Shown: positions 10,628 through 22,847 of the stretch, piece by piece
Layout: each line of letters starts with the position of its first letter
How positions within the stretch are numbered: position 1 is the stretch's first letter
NCBI RefSeq assembly: GCF_006345805.1
Contig: NW_021832503.1
Coordinates: forward strand, 1 to 30,581
DNA length: 30,581 nt
Direction: 5' to 3'
Source: Octopus sinensis
Lineage: Eukaryota
Notes under the pieces: model-generated
What the model saw: only the letters and a program-made list of their open reading frames with translations
What the model was told of the DNA's origin: nothing
Database searches by the model: none
Made by a program: the position numbers and the translations under genes

Positions 10628-11254
10628 AACCAGGAGCATATTAAGAGACAGAGGAGAAGATTAGGGAAGATGAAAGATGAAAGAATTAAGTGTAGGTTAG
10701 TGGCATACATATATATGTATGCCATATATATATATATACGGAGGAAGTAAAAAGAAGAAAAGCGAAAATGCACTATGGATATCAAAAGAAATAAAGGCTT
10801 TTTCACGGAAAGTAACGATAAATATATAGACTTTAGTGACATCTGTTAATGTGTGTGTTTGTGATACCATGCTTGTAATACAAACATGCGATACCATGTC
10901 TGTGATACCACTCCGGTGAGTGATACTGCTGTGAGATATCAACAAAGATAAAGTTACAAGTAAGTCTTTTAAGCAAAAAAATGTCCGCCATGTTTACTCG
11001 TTCTTGTTTTTTTCATTTTTCTTCTTTCTTTTTTTTTTTTGATGAAGAGAAATATTTGGAGTTCTGTGAAAATGTCAAAACTATTTAACACACGTCATCG
11101 TTGTTGTTGATCCACAACACACCAACTCCAACAGATTAGCATGATTACTTAATCTGAGCCTCGCTTTCAACTCTTGTTATCGACACGTGACCTCTCTCCA
11201 TGTTTTTGTGAGATACACTCACGTCTCGTGTTGGGACTGTCTCAATAAGAAGGA

Positions 11255-11390
11255 TTCTTCTTCTTCTTCTTCTTCTTCTTCTTATTATTATTATTATTAT
11301 TTTTCCCTCTTCTTCTTCTTCCTCTTCTTTTTCCCTCTTCTTCTTCTTCTTCTTCTTCTTCCCTTTTCTTCATCTTCCCTCATTTTCTTC

Positions 11391-11444
<54 letters not shown>

Positions 11445-11617
11445 CGTTATTGTTATTGTTGTTGTTGTTGTTGTTGTGTTCTTGTTGTTGTTATCGTCGT
11501 TGTCGTCGAAGTCATCATCATCATCATCATGTTGTTGTTGTTGTTCTTCTTCTTCTTCTTCTTCTTCTTCATGTTCTTCTATTACTATTATTATTATTAC
11601 TATTATTATTATTATTT
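11255..11617. repeat. Compound trinucleotide microsatellite (TTC/TTA/TTG/TCA)
   Basis: Direct reading. Confidence 0.96.
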
Positions 11618-13195
11618 TGTTTTTCCCGGTATAGGAGTTGCGTCCAATATAATTCTACACTCGATTCGCAACTCATGATCCATGATAGAGGAAGGGGTGG
11701 GGGCCACTTTGTATTTTCTACTTAACGGGTTTCCCACCCCTCCCCGCTTCCTGCTCTTGATATCTGTCCCTACTTTGTATTGCAGACTCTTTGGATAAAC
11801 ATGTTTCCAACACTGCACACACTCAGAGATTAAGCTAAAAATCTTTTCTCCACGATTTTCTCTCGCGGTCTTTATCCTTGTTCTTGCGGCTCCAATAACA
11901 ACCGGCTGGGCCCTGATCCTGCATCCTTCTCCGTTCCAACATTTGAGGATTTCCTACTTTGTTAAATTCTTTGCTTCCTTTCGTTCACTTAACTTTTCGT
12001 TTTATGTTCTTCTTGAATCGCATGGCTAGATATCGAACTTGCATTCCGAAACTTTAGGTTTTTATCACTTTTATTAGACTTCTTACCCTGCCAAACAAGC
12101 AGGCTTTCAATAGAATCAAAAACTTATCTTGATGGCCAACATCCTCAACCAATCATTCAAACTTCTTGCAACTGTTTTCAAGGCTCTTGTTACAATTGAG
12201 GTAAATGATCACTTTTCGGAAATTCCAGGGTCTTTGAAGATTGCATATTAAGTCTAGGTATTTTTCTCTATTTTCTCACATTTTTTCTCTATCTCTCTTC
12301 TATCAAACAGAGAAAATAATACCGATTAAGTGGTATGCTCTTTCCTCTGTATTGAGTACAACAATATCCGATGTGAATGTTTTATCTTTCTCTCCTTTTG
12401 AATTTGTATATTCCAGTATAACGTTTACATAGAACGTGTTCTGTTTTATGATCATACCATTTTACCTAATGTTCAAATCCAACTTGCTACCATTTCCAAA
12501 TGCAGAATCCCCGTGGAACATTTTTGCCAATGTATGGTTGTAGTAACCTTGTTATATTACTCTTTTACATGTTTCAGTCATTTGACTGCGGCCATGCTGG
12601 AGCACCGCCTTTAGTCGAGCAAATCGACCCCGGGACTTATTCTTTCTAAGCCCAGTACTTATTCAATCGGTCTCTTTTGCCGAACCGCTAAGTGACGGGG
12701 ACGTAAACACACCAGCATCGGTTGTCAAGCAATGCTAGGGGTACAAACACAGACACACAAACACATACACATACATACATATACATATATATATACATAT
12801 ATACGATAGGCTTCTTTCAGTTTCCGTCTACCAAATCCACTCACAAGGCATTGGTCGGCCTGAGGCTATAGTAGAAGACACTTGCCCAAGATGCCACGCA
12901 GTGGGACTGAACCCGGAACCATGTGGTTGGTTAGCAAGCTACTTACCACACAGCCACTCCTAGTTTTTATAAACCGTCTGGGCAATTATTTTGCATTCAG
13001 AAACTACACATACAACCATCGCTTCTCTTGCACCATAGATTCTACATCCGGTTAAGATGGCTTCCTTACCTACAATTTCGCAAGTGTATCTTATTCTAAA
13101 TCTTTGATCCGGTGCAATAAGGACCAAACCCGTCGTCTGTTTTTCTTAAAAACTTCCTTATTTATCCGTTGAATTGATTTTTTATCTCGATACCC
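11618..13195 (-). mobile_element. Old R4/Dong-like non-LTR retrotransposon 3' remnant (zinc knuckle, RLE, probable 3' UTR), split by a SINE
   Basis: Manual translation gives KKQTTGLVLIAPDQ, CRIYGAREAMVVCVVSECKIIAQ (decayed CCHC), KWYDHK, SDIVVLNTEER, KYLDL..LQRPWN and ACLFG. The putative 3' UTR runs into (TAA)n at about 11617. Confidence 0.8.
12557..12961 (-). mobile_element. SINE family B, full length
   Basis: Head, internal microsatellite and 3' half ending GACTGAAACATGTAAAAGAGTA are all present. Confidence 0.95.
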
Positions 13196-13228
13196 TTCAA
13201 TACTTTGAAAAAAAACCCCCAACTTTTT

Positions 13229-13414
13229 TGTTGTGTGGACGCCCCCAGACGATGAAGTAGGCTAGCCCAGTACGTAGACATAGTGGGAGAGCACAGTCGA
13301 GAGTAGGTGAAGAGCAGAGTAGAGTTGAGTAGAGGTCACCCGAACGTGCGACATAACAGTGGCGATGAGGTTTTCGTAGCATACACAGCCACTGTGTAGT
13401 ATTGCGATATAACA
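13229..13414 (+). mobile_element. Probable internally deleted Gypsy-type LTR relic (130-bp LTR plus PBS)
   Basis: TGTTGTGT (13229) and ACATAACA (ending 13358) form inverted ends. PBS-like TGGCGATGAGG at 13360-13370. A second LTR-end-like TGCGATATAACA lies at 13403-13414, with CTTTT(T) on both flanks. Confidence 0.55.
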
Positions 13415-13669
13415 CTTTTCGTGTTAACTTTTCTGTTCGGTCGTTCTTTTTACTACATTCGAGAACTTCATGTTTCCCTTTCTTCTCTCCTCTTACTGCT
13501 ACCAAAAGCGAACCATCACTCTTACCACCGGACTTCTTTTAAACTCTCTACCTCCTCTTCTTCATATTCTCTACAGACGTCTTCCTCTATCCTTTTTGTT
13601 GAAATACAGTCAGTCAACACCTGCCCCCACCTCTTTTTTCAGTACTTGTTTCAGAATTTCCAGGGGGTT

Positions 13670-14680
13670 GTTCTCGATAACACACTCTCTGTAGTCCGAT
13701 CTTCTGGACAATATAGGTTCTAACATTATCCGGGTTACTGTTGATTCCAAATGTTCCGATGAGTATGGTGTTAATTCGGTTTTTCGTATTCTACATCCTG
13801 TTGATCTTAATCTGAAGGTCTTTTTATTTACTCAACTTCTCTGGAACCTTTACTGAGGGGTTTCTTTTGGAAGATATTGCAATGTCGATAAATAGACACT
13901 TCTTGTTCTTCTCATCCTTGATAACAATGTCAGGTTTGTTGTCTTTTATCTCTCAGTCGGTGTGGATGGGCATATCCTAGAGGAAATCACTGGCATCATT
14001 GTTGTCAATGACAATGTTTGGCTGATGTTCATGGCACAGTTTAGTCATCTTGACCATATAACTCCTTTGTATTTACCAGTAAATATAGAGTTCTTCGTTA
14101 AGTGTTTTGATGTATTCAGTCTTTGCTTCTCCCAAACATCCACAGACAATGTGCTCAATGGTTTTTCTTTTCATATTTTCCACAGATTCTGCATTGTGGA
14201 TCTTTAGCAATGTAAAGATGATAAGATTTGCTCCCCGACTGATTTTGTGCTGTGATTATCAGACTTTATAACTCTACTTTCAGTCCATTACTCTTAAGCC
14301 TTTTGGTGTGTTTTCAGTTGGTTTCATCCTGCAACCCTTTTCCCATAAGGATAAGGTAAAGTTACCTTTCCCGAGTCATACCGACTCATAATAGCCTGTT
14401 TCCCGGATTCATGGCGAATATATTCCCCCCCCTCCCTGGACGGTACGCTGGTCAGATGCAAGATTACTCTTCTTTGCCAGCTGAGTGGACTGGAGCAACG
14501 TGAAATGAAGTGTTTTGCTCAAGAACACAACGCGTCGTCCCGTCCAGGAATCGAAACCGCAATCTTACGATCAGGAGTCCAACACCCTAACCACTAAGCC
14601 ACGCACCTCTACACCCTTTTCCCATGCATTACTTTGGTCCCCTATGTTTTCTACATTAGAAGTTGGTCATGGTGTTTTCC
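13670..14680 (-). mobile_element. Decayed R4/Dong-like non-LTR retrotransposon C-terminal region
   Basis: Manual translation gives KVMHGK, LKSNGLK, CRICGKYEKKTIEHIVCGC (CCHC), DMPIHTD*EIKDNKPDIVIKDEKNKKCLFIDIAI and EKLSK*KDL. Several in-frame stops. Confidence 0.9.
14347..14612 (-). mobile_element. SINE, head D + tail 2
   Basis: A-box TGGCTTAGTGG and B-box GGTTTCGATTCC. 13-bp TSD ACCCTTTTCCCAT at 14334-14346 and 14613-14625. Confidence 0.92.
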
Positions 14681-15094
14681 ATTCTGCTTCACTCGTGAGA
14701 CGTACCTTTCTTTTTTTTACCTGTTTATCATCATCATTATTATTATCACGATATTGGTGTTGTTGTTGGGGTAATTATATGCTTGCTCTCGCGCCACAGC
14801 CCATGGCCTAAGATACGGAACATTTTATGCCAACTCTATAACAGTTAGTCTTCATATCTGTTATTACTTTGTATTGAAGACTTGGGTCATTGCTATAAGG
14901 TTTTACAAACTCTGAGAGATTTTCAGGTTGTCTCAGACTTGGGATATAACTTAACCTTCCATATAAAGCGAACGACTCGATCAGGGACCTTTAGACTTTC
15001 TTCTCATTTCCTTGTAGGGTTTGGAACTTCACTCAATTGGTCAGACAGAACAAAAGTAGCGAAAGCGATTCTCCTTAGACTGTTCCTTTTTTAC

Positions 15095-15115
15095 GTCGTG
15101 TGTGTGTGGTGTGTA

Positions 15116-15152
<37 letters not shown>

Positions 15153-15438
15153 GTGTGTGTATGTGTATGTGTGTGTGTATGTGTATGTGTGTATGTATGT
15201 GTGTGTATGTGTGTGTGTGTGTCTTTGTGTCTGTGTTTGTTCTCCACCGCTTGGCAACAGATGTTGGTTTGTTAACATCCCCTCAGCATAGGGGTTCGGC
15301 AAAAAGTGACCGATAGAATAAGTACTAACCTTTAAAAAATTAAGTACTGGGGGGCAATTTCTTTGACAAAACCCTTAAAAGCAGTGCCCCAACATGACCG
15401 CATTCCAATGACTGAAACAAATGAAAGATAAAGATAAA
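15095..15438 (+). mobile_element. (GT)-rich microsatellite plus diverged 3' half of SINE family B
   Basis: GACCGATAGAATAAGTACT...AATGACTGAAACAA match the family B 3' half. Confidence 0.85.
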
Positions 15439-15808
15439 CATTATATAACTCCTTAATGTGAGCGTCAGGGTTTTGTAGAAGTCAGAAAACCCGTATGTAA
15501 TTAGCCTATATTTTTCAGGATTCCCGGTCTCTGTGGCTCTTGTAGGACGTTTGTTTATCGAAGGGTCACCTACCATGGTTTTTCAGTAGGATGAGGATGC
15601 CATACTGTTTTACTAAATCACGTGACTGTATCAGTCCAAAATCGTAAAATATGACGTTGTCTCATCACCATAAATTTGGTTTTGTCTCCTGCAAGTAATT
15701 CCCTTTTTTTCTTTTTTCTTTTCATTCCTTCCATTATTCTCTTTGACCTTTTTCAATTCTTTATAGTGTCACCCGATTTTAAATCTTCATTCATTCTTTT
15801 ACTTTACT

Positions 15809-16408
15809 TTTTCTCATTTTACTTGTTTCAGTCATGTGACTGTGGCCAATCTGGAGCACCGCCTTTAGTCGAGCTAATCGACCCCAGCACTTATTCTTTG
15901 TAAGCCTAGTACTTGTTCTATCGGTCCCATTTGCCGAACTGCTAAGTTACGGAGACGCAAACACACCAGCATCGGTTGTCAAGCGATGTTGGGGGGGGGG
16001 GACAAACACAGACACACAAACATACACACACACACACACACACACGTATATACATATATATACATATATACGACGGGCTTCTTTCAGGTTCCGTCTACCA
16101 AATCCACTCACAAGGCTTTGGTCGGCCCGAGGCTATAGTAGAAGACACTTGCCCTAGGTTTCATGCAGTGGGACTGAACCCGGAATCATGTGGTTGGTAT
16201 GCAAGCTACTTACCACACATATATATATATACATATATACGACGGGCTTCTTTCAGTTTCCGTCTACCAAATCCACTCACAAGGCTTTGGTCGGCCCGAG
16301 GCTATAGCAGAGGACACTTGCCCAAGGTGCCACGCCGCAGTGGGACTGAACCCGGAACCATGTGGTTAGTAAACAAGCTACTTACCACACAGCCACTCCT
16401 ACGCCTAT
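15809..16408 (-). mobile_element. SINE family B with tandemly duplicated 5' half
   Basis: 3' half at 15809-16015, then two head modules at about 16071-16218 and 16240-16408. Confidence 0.92.
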
Positions 16409-16671
16409 GAATAAATCCAATTGTTTTATGGAACAACAGGCGATATTTTCCTTCAAATTCTTTCTAGATATCTCTTATAGATTCTGCTCAATATTTCGCT
16501 ATCTAAAACCCTTCTAAATACTTCGTTTGTCTCCTCCAAACATTATCTGAATCATCATTCAAATCTTGGTATTCTCCATATTTCAGCTTTCATTTCTTCA
16601 AATATTTCTTTATCTGTTTTAGTTTCATATTAGTCTCGAATATTAAGCTTTTTGCATAATTCTATTTTTTA

Positions 16672-17278
16672 CTAGCAATATGGCCCGGCGTTGTTCGGGT
16701 TTGCTTTTTAGTTGCGCTTCGTTCATTCGTTCTGTCTTACGCTAATGCAATTACTTTTTCTCACAAAGTCGATTGAAATTCCTAAATTGTACTCAACGCT
16801 GTAGCAGTTGACGACCTTGAAAATTAGTGCATTTACGCAGCGAACATTACTCCTCTGCATTGGATCAGCTGATCCGTCGTTCGCTCAAAACCAATGCCAT
16901 CACAAAAAAATTTTTTTCGACCCTTTAGAATTGGAATTTTGAAAAGTAAAAATTATAAATTTTGTAGCTTGTTAATCTCTTTAAGTGAGCATTTTTCTTG
17001 TTGAAATACACCGAAAAATGGCGACACAGCAGTCAAAAAATCGTAAAAAATAGGTATTTTCATAGAAAAAAAAGCACCTTTTTGATGTAAATAATTTATG
17101 GTGTTAACATGGTCCGATTTGAATTTTTTCTTCTACCGAAGGAAGAGCAAGCCTTCTTCTATTATACTCTCAATTTTGGTCAACTTGCACCGCAGGGTCT
17201 CGGAGGAGATAGTGTTAGTTGAAGGCTACCAAACCTGCCACACACACACACAGACAACTTCAGCTTTATATATATAGA
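16672..17278 (-). mobile_element. Non-autonomous Helitron, long form
   Basis: Minus strand starts TC and ends with the hairpin CCCGAACAACGCCGGG then CTAG. Inserted between A and T with no TSD. Homologous to 21959-22349. Confidence 0.9.
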
Positions 17279-17460
17279 TTGAGCGGGGGGGGGGGAGATT
17301 CTTGTAATCTCTTTTGGGTTCAATTTACTCTGGCAAAATCCTTTCTCTTGCCGTTATCCCTGGATAATTTATACTATTAATATTATTATCTATTTTTATG
17401 GTATCTTATTTATTGTTTGAGAGATGTACAGCATCCATTTCCAAAAAAATAATTCGTTAC

Positions 17461-17825
17461 TCATTGTGTATTTGCTTTGTAAAATTCTTGATGTGAAACC
17501 GTGTCCTGAAACAGGTATTGTTATTTTTCGGGACGGTCATATTTTTTTCTTGCCAAATAAACACACGCACTGTATATTCGTTCTTCACTTCTTTATTATT
17601 GTCCCTATTCTAAGTCTTTGTCTGAAATCTTTCGTCACGTTCTTTGACCTCTTCGGTGACTTTCCATCTCATGGAGAATCGCTAAATAGTTCACAGATGC
17701 GTGACAAAAGATTTCCAATCAAAGAACATAAAATAAGAACAATAATAAATAAATCTTAAGCGAAGAACGAATATACAGTTGTTAATTTGGCAAGAAAAAT
17801 ATGACCGTCCCAAAATATAACAATA
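17461..17825. mobile_element. Fold-back element with ~130-bp imperfect arms (17516-17825) and a one-sided extension
   Basis: TATTGTTATTTTTCGGGACGGTCATATTTTT pairs with AAAAATATGACCGTCCCAAAATATAACAATA, and inner arms also pair. 13-bp direct repeat AATAATTCGTTAC at 17448-17460 and 17822-17834. Confidence 0.8.
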
Positions 17826-17854
17826 ATTCGTTACATTTTTCAGAATATATATAG

Positions 17855-18022
17855 AAGAGTTGTGGATTAATAGGGGTGTTCAATAATTAACAGGAGTGTA
17901 GAAGATTAATAAAGGTGTAGAATGTTATCTGAGGTGTTGGGTGTTCATAAGGGCGTTGAAGCCTGATAAGAGTGTTCAATATTTAACGATAATTTTCAAG
18001 ATCTAGAAGAATATTCAAGTTT
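17855..18022. repeat. Highly degenerate ~19-bp minisatellite
   Basis: RGTGTT/RGTGTA recurs about every 19-20 bp. Confidence 0.55.
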
Positions 18023-18054
18023 TGTGGGAAGAACCTGACAATGTTTTACAGTTC

Positions 18055-18101
<47 letters not shown>

Positions 18102-18128
18102 ATTATCATTATTATTATTATTATTATT

Positions 18129-18338
18129 CAGTAGTTTTATTTTTATAGCGTGCTTTCACTTCACTACCGAGCACAGCTCTGTGTGCCTTGGGTATGTGCT
18201 GTGATTTGTTGTGATGCTCTGATGGCTACTGTATGGAAAGTGTTCTGCGTAGGATGTGTGCAGTGCCTAGTAGTGCAATTTTCTGTATGTTATATGTGTT
18301 TGTAAGTCCTGGTGTTTTTGTTATGTATTTGTCTGAAT
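18129..18338 (-). mobile_element. R4/Dong-like LINE 3' end inside (ATT)n
   Basis: SDKYITKTPGLTNTYNIQKIALLGTAHILRRTLSIQ* (stop at 18228-18226), then a short 3' UTR. (ATT)n on both sides. Confidence 0.9.
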
Positions 18339-18389
18339 CTTATTTTATTATTATTATATATTATTATATTATTATTATTATATTATTAT

Positions 18390-18428
<39 letters not shown>

Positions 18429-18518
18429 TATATTATTATATTATTATTATTATTATTACTATTATTATTATTATTATTATTTTATATTATATTATTTTAT
18501 TATTATTATTATATTATT

Positions 18519-18732
18519 AAGGCGGTGAGCTGGCTCGATCGTTAGCACGCCGGGCGAAATGCTTACCAGTTTTTCGTCTGCCGCTACGTTCTGAGTTCAA
18601 ATTCCGCCGAGGTCGACTTTGCCTTTTATCCTTTCGGGAACGATAAATCAAGTACCAATGAAACACTGGGGTCGATGTAATCGACTTATCCCCTCCCCCA
18701 AAATTGCTGTACTTGTGGCAAAATTTGAAACC
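18519..18732 (+). mobile_element. SINE family A (alternative CCCCTCCCCCAAAATT tail)
   Basis: Head AAGGCGGTGAGCTGGC, B-box and core present. Confidence 0.92.
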
Positions 18733-18791
18733 ATTATTACTAAGAGAGCAGTGGATGCCATCAAAGTGACACTGGGGTAAAATATACGAAG

Positions 18792-19053
18792 CCTAGTATC
18801 CCAGCTGTCCCTAATAACACTGCTTTCTGCAGCTGTACTAAACTGGGTTTTATACCTATTTCGTCTATCCATCTGTTCAGATCTTTAGGGATAGTTCCCA
18901 ATACACCTATAACTACTGGGATACAGTTTACCCACTATTTCCATAGTCTCTGTAATCCAAAGGCTAGGCCCTGGCACTTTGCTGTTTTTTCTATACCTCT
19001 CATATTGATACTTTCATCATTCGGGACTGTAAAGTCAATTATCTGGCACTTTC
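18792..19053 (-). mobile_element. R4/Dong-like RLE-domain fragment
   Basis: KCQIIDFTVPNDESIN..EKTAKCQGLAFGLQRLWK*..IPVVIGVLGTIPKDLNRWI, then after a frameshift QLQKAVLLGTAGIL. Confidence 0.88.
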
Positions 19054-19239
19054 TATATATATATATATATATATATTGACACTTGCTGCGCGTCGTTGAG
19101 TTTCCAAGTATATTTTATCAGAGTTAATGTAGGAGATCATGATTTAATGTTGGTACTTTACCTCACATCAGGAATCTTGCAAGACAAATCAATAATATGT
19201 GTGTGTGTCTGTTTATATATATATATATATATAATATAT

Positions 19240-19284
<45 letters not shown>

Positions 19285-19401
19285 GATATGTATATATATA
19301 TATAAAGGCTAAAACAATGTGAACGTATTGTGACCAGCGATATGTAACAACATCTGATGGTCTGGTCGGTCAAGTGGTTACGTGATATATATATACATAC
19401 A

Positions 19402-19469
<68 letters not shown>

Positions 19470-20205
19470 GAAAATGAGGTACTCAGAAATTCAGATGGTT
19501 TTATATTTACAGATATTTATTTCTATATTACATGTTTTTATACATCATATAACTTAGACCATGTATTAGCGCTTTCTCCTATTCTAGTGGGGTTTTCAAA
19601 TCAAACTGAGTTCCTGTGTGAAAAGTTTTGACCATTTTATAGTGGTATTGAGTTTGTAGTGGTGGTGGTGGGGGGGTATAAGACAGTACAAGAGGGTGAT
19701 GGATGAGGAGAAAGTGAGAGAGAGAACATGTGTGTATGTGTGTGTGCGTGTGTGTGTGTGTTTTTGTATTTGGAAGAAGTGTTAAAGAAAAAGAGGGGAA
19801 GGGAGAGGGAAGAAGAAAATAATTTTTTTGTTCTGCTGGACAGGATGCTTACCCCAAGGAGGGGTCTAAGATCTTGGGGAAAAAGAATTTCAGTTTTGAC
19901 CATTTCATAGTGTTACTGAGTGGCGGGGAGGGACATAAGAAGGTAGACCATAAATTATATTTCCTTTTTATCATTGTGAGAGAGTGCGTGTGTGTGTGTT
20001 TAATGAGGGATGGTCAAATGGTTTTTGGGTTTAGAGAAGAAGAATTCTTTTTATTATTGTTTTGTGAAGGTGTGTGTGTGTGCGTGTGTGTGTGGGTGTT
20101 TGTGAGTCTGTAAAGGGAAGAAAGGAGAAGAAAAAAAAGGAAGGAAGAAGAAATAATTGTGTTGATATTTAACACCATATATATATATATATATATATAT
20201 TATAT

Positions 20206-20251
<46 letters not shown>

Positions 20252-20663
20252 ATATTTCGGAATGGTCATTTTGCCAGTTTAGCCAATATTTAAACGTACT
20301 ATATATATACTAGTTTCTATTTTGGATATATTTGGGGTACTTAAGTCTGCTCAGGACTTGGTGCTTGCTTCTTCCGTGGGTGGTATGAATAAGTATTCAT
20401 TTATATCTCGCGTATGTGCCGCGAAGAGGGGAAAATTTCTTGTGAATTAACCCGAAATTGGACCAATACAGTAATAACGAATTTTTTAGAGATTTCTATC
20501 GGTTTGTTTCGAGACGCATAAATTTAATGGTTATCGACATTTTTTTTTTACGGCGTATCTGGCATTAGAATTTTTCTTCTGCCCTTATCATGTAAATTAT
20601 ATATATAATATATATTATATATATATATATATATATAATATATATATATATAATATATACACA

Positions 20664-20885
20664 CTTTATTAATAAAGCTTCAAGACGTCACAAAAACTGT
20701 TACTTTTATTTTCAGGTTCCCGTTCCATTCTCAACTAAAACTGCCCTACGTACGGGAACGTGAAACTCCGAGTAACAGTTTTTGTGATGTCTTGCAGCTT
20801 TATTAATAAAGCATATTACTCTACTTTCGGTATTCGAGTACTATTTTCTCCACCTTGCTTCACATTTATGTGCTTACGCTGGTAT
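20664..20885 (+). mobile_element. Fold-back element (20664-20811) with tail, flanked by (TA)n; probably Penelope-like
   Basis: CTTTATTAATAAAGCTTCAAGACGTCACAAAAACTGTTACT is inverted at 20771-20811. Hammerhead-like geometry at 20737-20782. Confidence 0.7.
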
Positions 20886-20927
20886 AATATATATGTATAT
20901 ATATATATATATATATTATAATATATA

Positions 20928-20976
<49 letters not shown>

Positions 20977-21026
20977 TAGCTTCTTTGTCTACTCCCATCT
21001 GTGCCCTCTAGGTAAATAAATTATTG

Positions 21027-21109
<83 letters not shown>

Positions 21110-21143
21110 TAATAATAATAATAATTATTATTATTTTATTATT

Positions 21144-21343
21144 AAGGCAGAATCGTTAGCACGCTGGACGAAATGCTTAACTGTAGTTCCCCCGTCGCTA
21201 CGTTCTGAGTTCAAATTCCGCCGAGATCGACTTTGCCTTTCATTCTTTCGGGTTCGATAAATCAAGTACCAGTGAAACGCTGGAGTAATCAACTTATCCC
21301 CTCCCCTAAAATTTCAGGCCTTGTGCCTATTATAGAAAAGATA
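21144..21343 (+). mobile_element. SINE family A, 5' trimmed, next to (ATT)/(AAT) tract
   Basis: B-box GAGTTCAAATTCC, core and alternative tail. Confidence 0.88.
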
Positions 21344-21958
21344 ATCATTATTCATTGTGGATTGTCAGATATAATAGAACAACAGATTAAATGTCTCTGG
21401 ATCGGAGTTAAAATCCCGCTGAGGTTGCCCCTGCCTTTCGACCTATCGAGGTCAGTAAAACAGTGGTAAAACCGAGTATGGCTACAGTCTTATGAGTCCT
21501 AGGGCCCTGTGGTTTCGATTCTCAGTCCAGGTAGTATGTTGTTTTCTTGATCAAACCGTTTCATTTTACGCTGCTTCGGTTTAGTCAGCAGTAAATGAGT
21601 TCAAGCACAAGATGGGAAGGTGTCACGACGACAGGCCGGCGTCCTGTTTATTAGGGAGTATTGTTATGGAAACTGGGTAAAACTGGGTAAAACTCCTGCC
21701 TGATGAGGTCTGGGGCTTATGACAGGCCTTCGTTTCACCCCTTCTATTTTTCTTGACTCCTGACTGATTTGGACTGAATTTCTTTCGAATTATTAATCTT
21801 TCAGCTACTCTCACCGAATGAAGGAATTTTTACACATAGCTGTTTTTTCCTATTCCAGAAGAATTAATTTACGTTTAAGAGCCTTTTTTCGTTTTTTGCT
21901 ATCTCTAAACATTTTCCTTTTCCCATTTTATTTTTTATCTTTCGTTGGTTATTTATAA

Positions 21959-22349
21959 CTAGCAGTATCGCCCGGCGTTGCTCGGGTTTGTTTCGACCCT
22001 TTAGAATTGGAATTTTTGAAAAGTAAAAATTTTGCATTATGCAGATTGTTAATCTCTTTAAGTGAACATTTCCTGGTTGAAATGCACCGATAAATGGCGA
22101 CACAGCAGTCAAAATATCGTAAAAAATAGGGATTTTCATAGAAAAAATGCACCTTTTTGAAGTAAATAATTTTTGGTGTTAACATGGTCCAATTTGAATT
22201 TTTTCTTCTACGGAAGGAAGAGCAAGCCTTCTTCTATCATACTCTCAATTTTGGTCAACTTGCGCCGCAGGGTTTCGGAGGAGATAGTGTTAGTTGAAGG
22301 CTACCAAACCTGCCATACACAGACAACTTCAGCTTTATATATAGAGAGA
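21959..22349 (-). mobile_element. Non-autonomous Helitron, short form
   Basis: 5' TC, 3' hairpin CCCGAGCAACGCCGGG plus CTAG, A|T insertion site. Confidence 0.9.
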
Positions 22350-22847
22350 TTGATAAATATCGCTACATGCTTGAAAGTCTTTCGTGGATCAATGATTTTC
22401 TTATTCGACTTTTCAAACCCTTTCATTGTTTTTTTTTTACTTTTTTACTTTTTATTTCGTGTCTCTGAGAAACTGCTTAACATTTGTAGAAAAGGAATAT
22501 GAACAGGCGTTCATTCGCCAATATGAAAGAATTATATCTGTCGTAAACATTCTCTCTTAACATTTAATCACTATTAACATAACTTCAGTACATCTCTCGT
22601 CAATTTTAATTAAATAAAATATGTCCTGCGGCCGTAAATCTGACAAAGAATCAAACTCTTTAAATACTTCACTATAAATACCTTCTGACTGTTTGCATAA
22701 TTCGCTCTTCAGGATTCATTTGTTATCATGGCTGCTGCTATTGTCACTGGTCGCTAAATGTCGACGATCGTCTTTACCGCCAGCTGACATTGTGACTGGC
22801 GGCTGAGGCTGGTCTACTGTCGCATGCATTGCCACCGTTATCTTTGT

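Noticed and set aside
10834-10996. YY1-like AACATGGCGG motif with a ~52-codon minus-strand ORF, a plus-strand GTAAGT donor-like site and a weak 14-bp repeat
   Set aside because: Short motifs expected by chance, with no recognisable protein or supporting exon structure.
21698-21735. CTGATGA followed by a GGTCTG/CAGGCC stem (hammerhead-like)
   Set aside because: The required GAAA box after stem II is absent (TTCG follows).
22700-22847. GC-richer unique stretch with a CCGCCAG/CTGGCGG hairpin, possible exon
   Set aside because: No recognisable peptide or convincing splice pair, and it is interrupted by a SINE.
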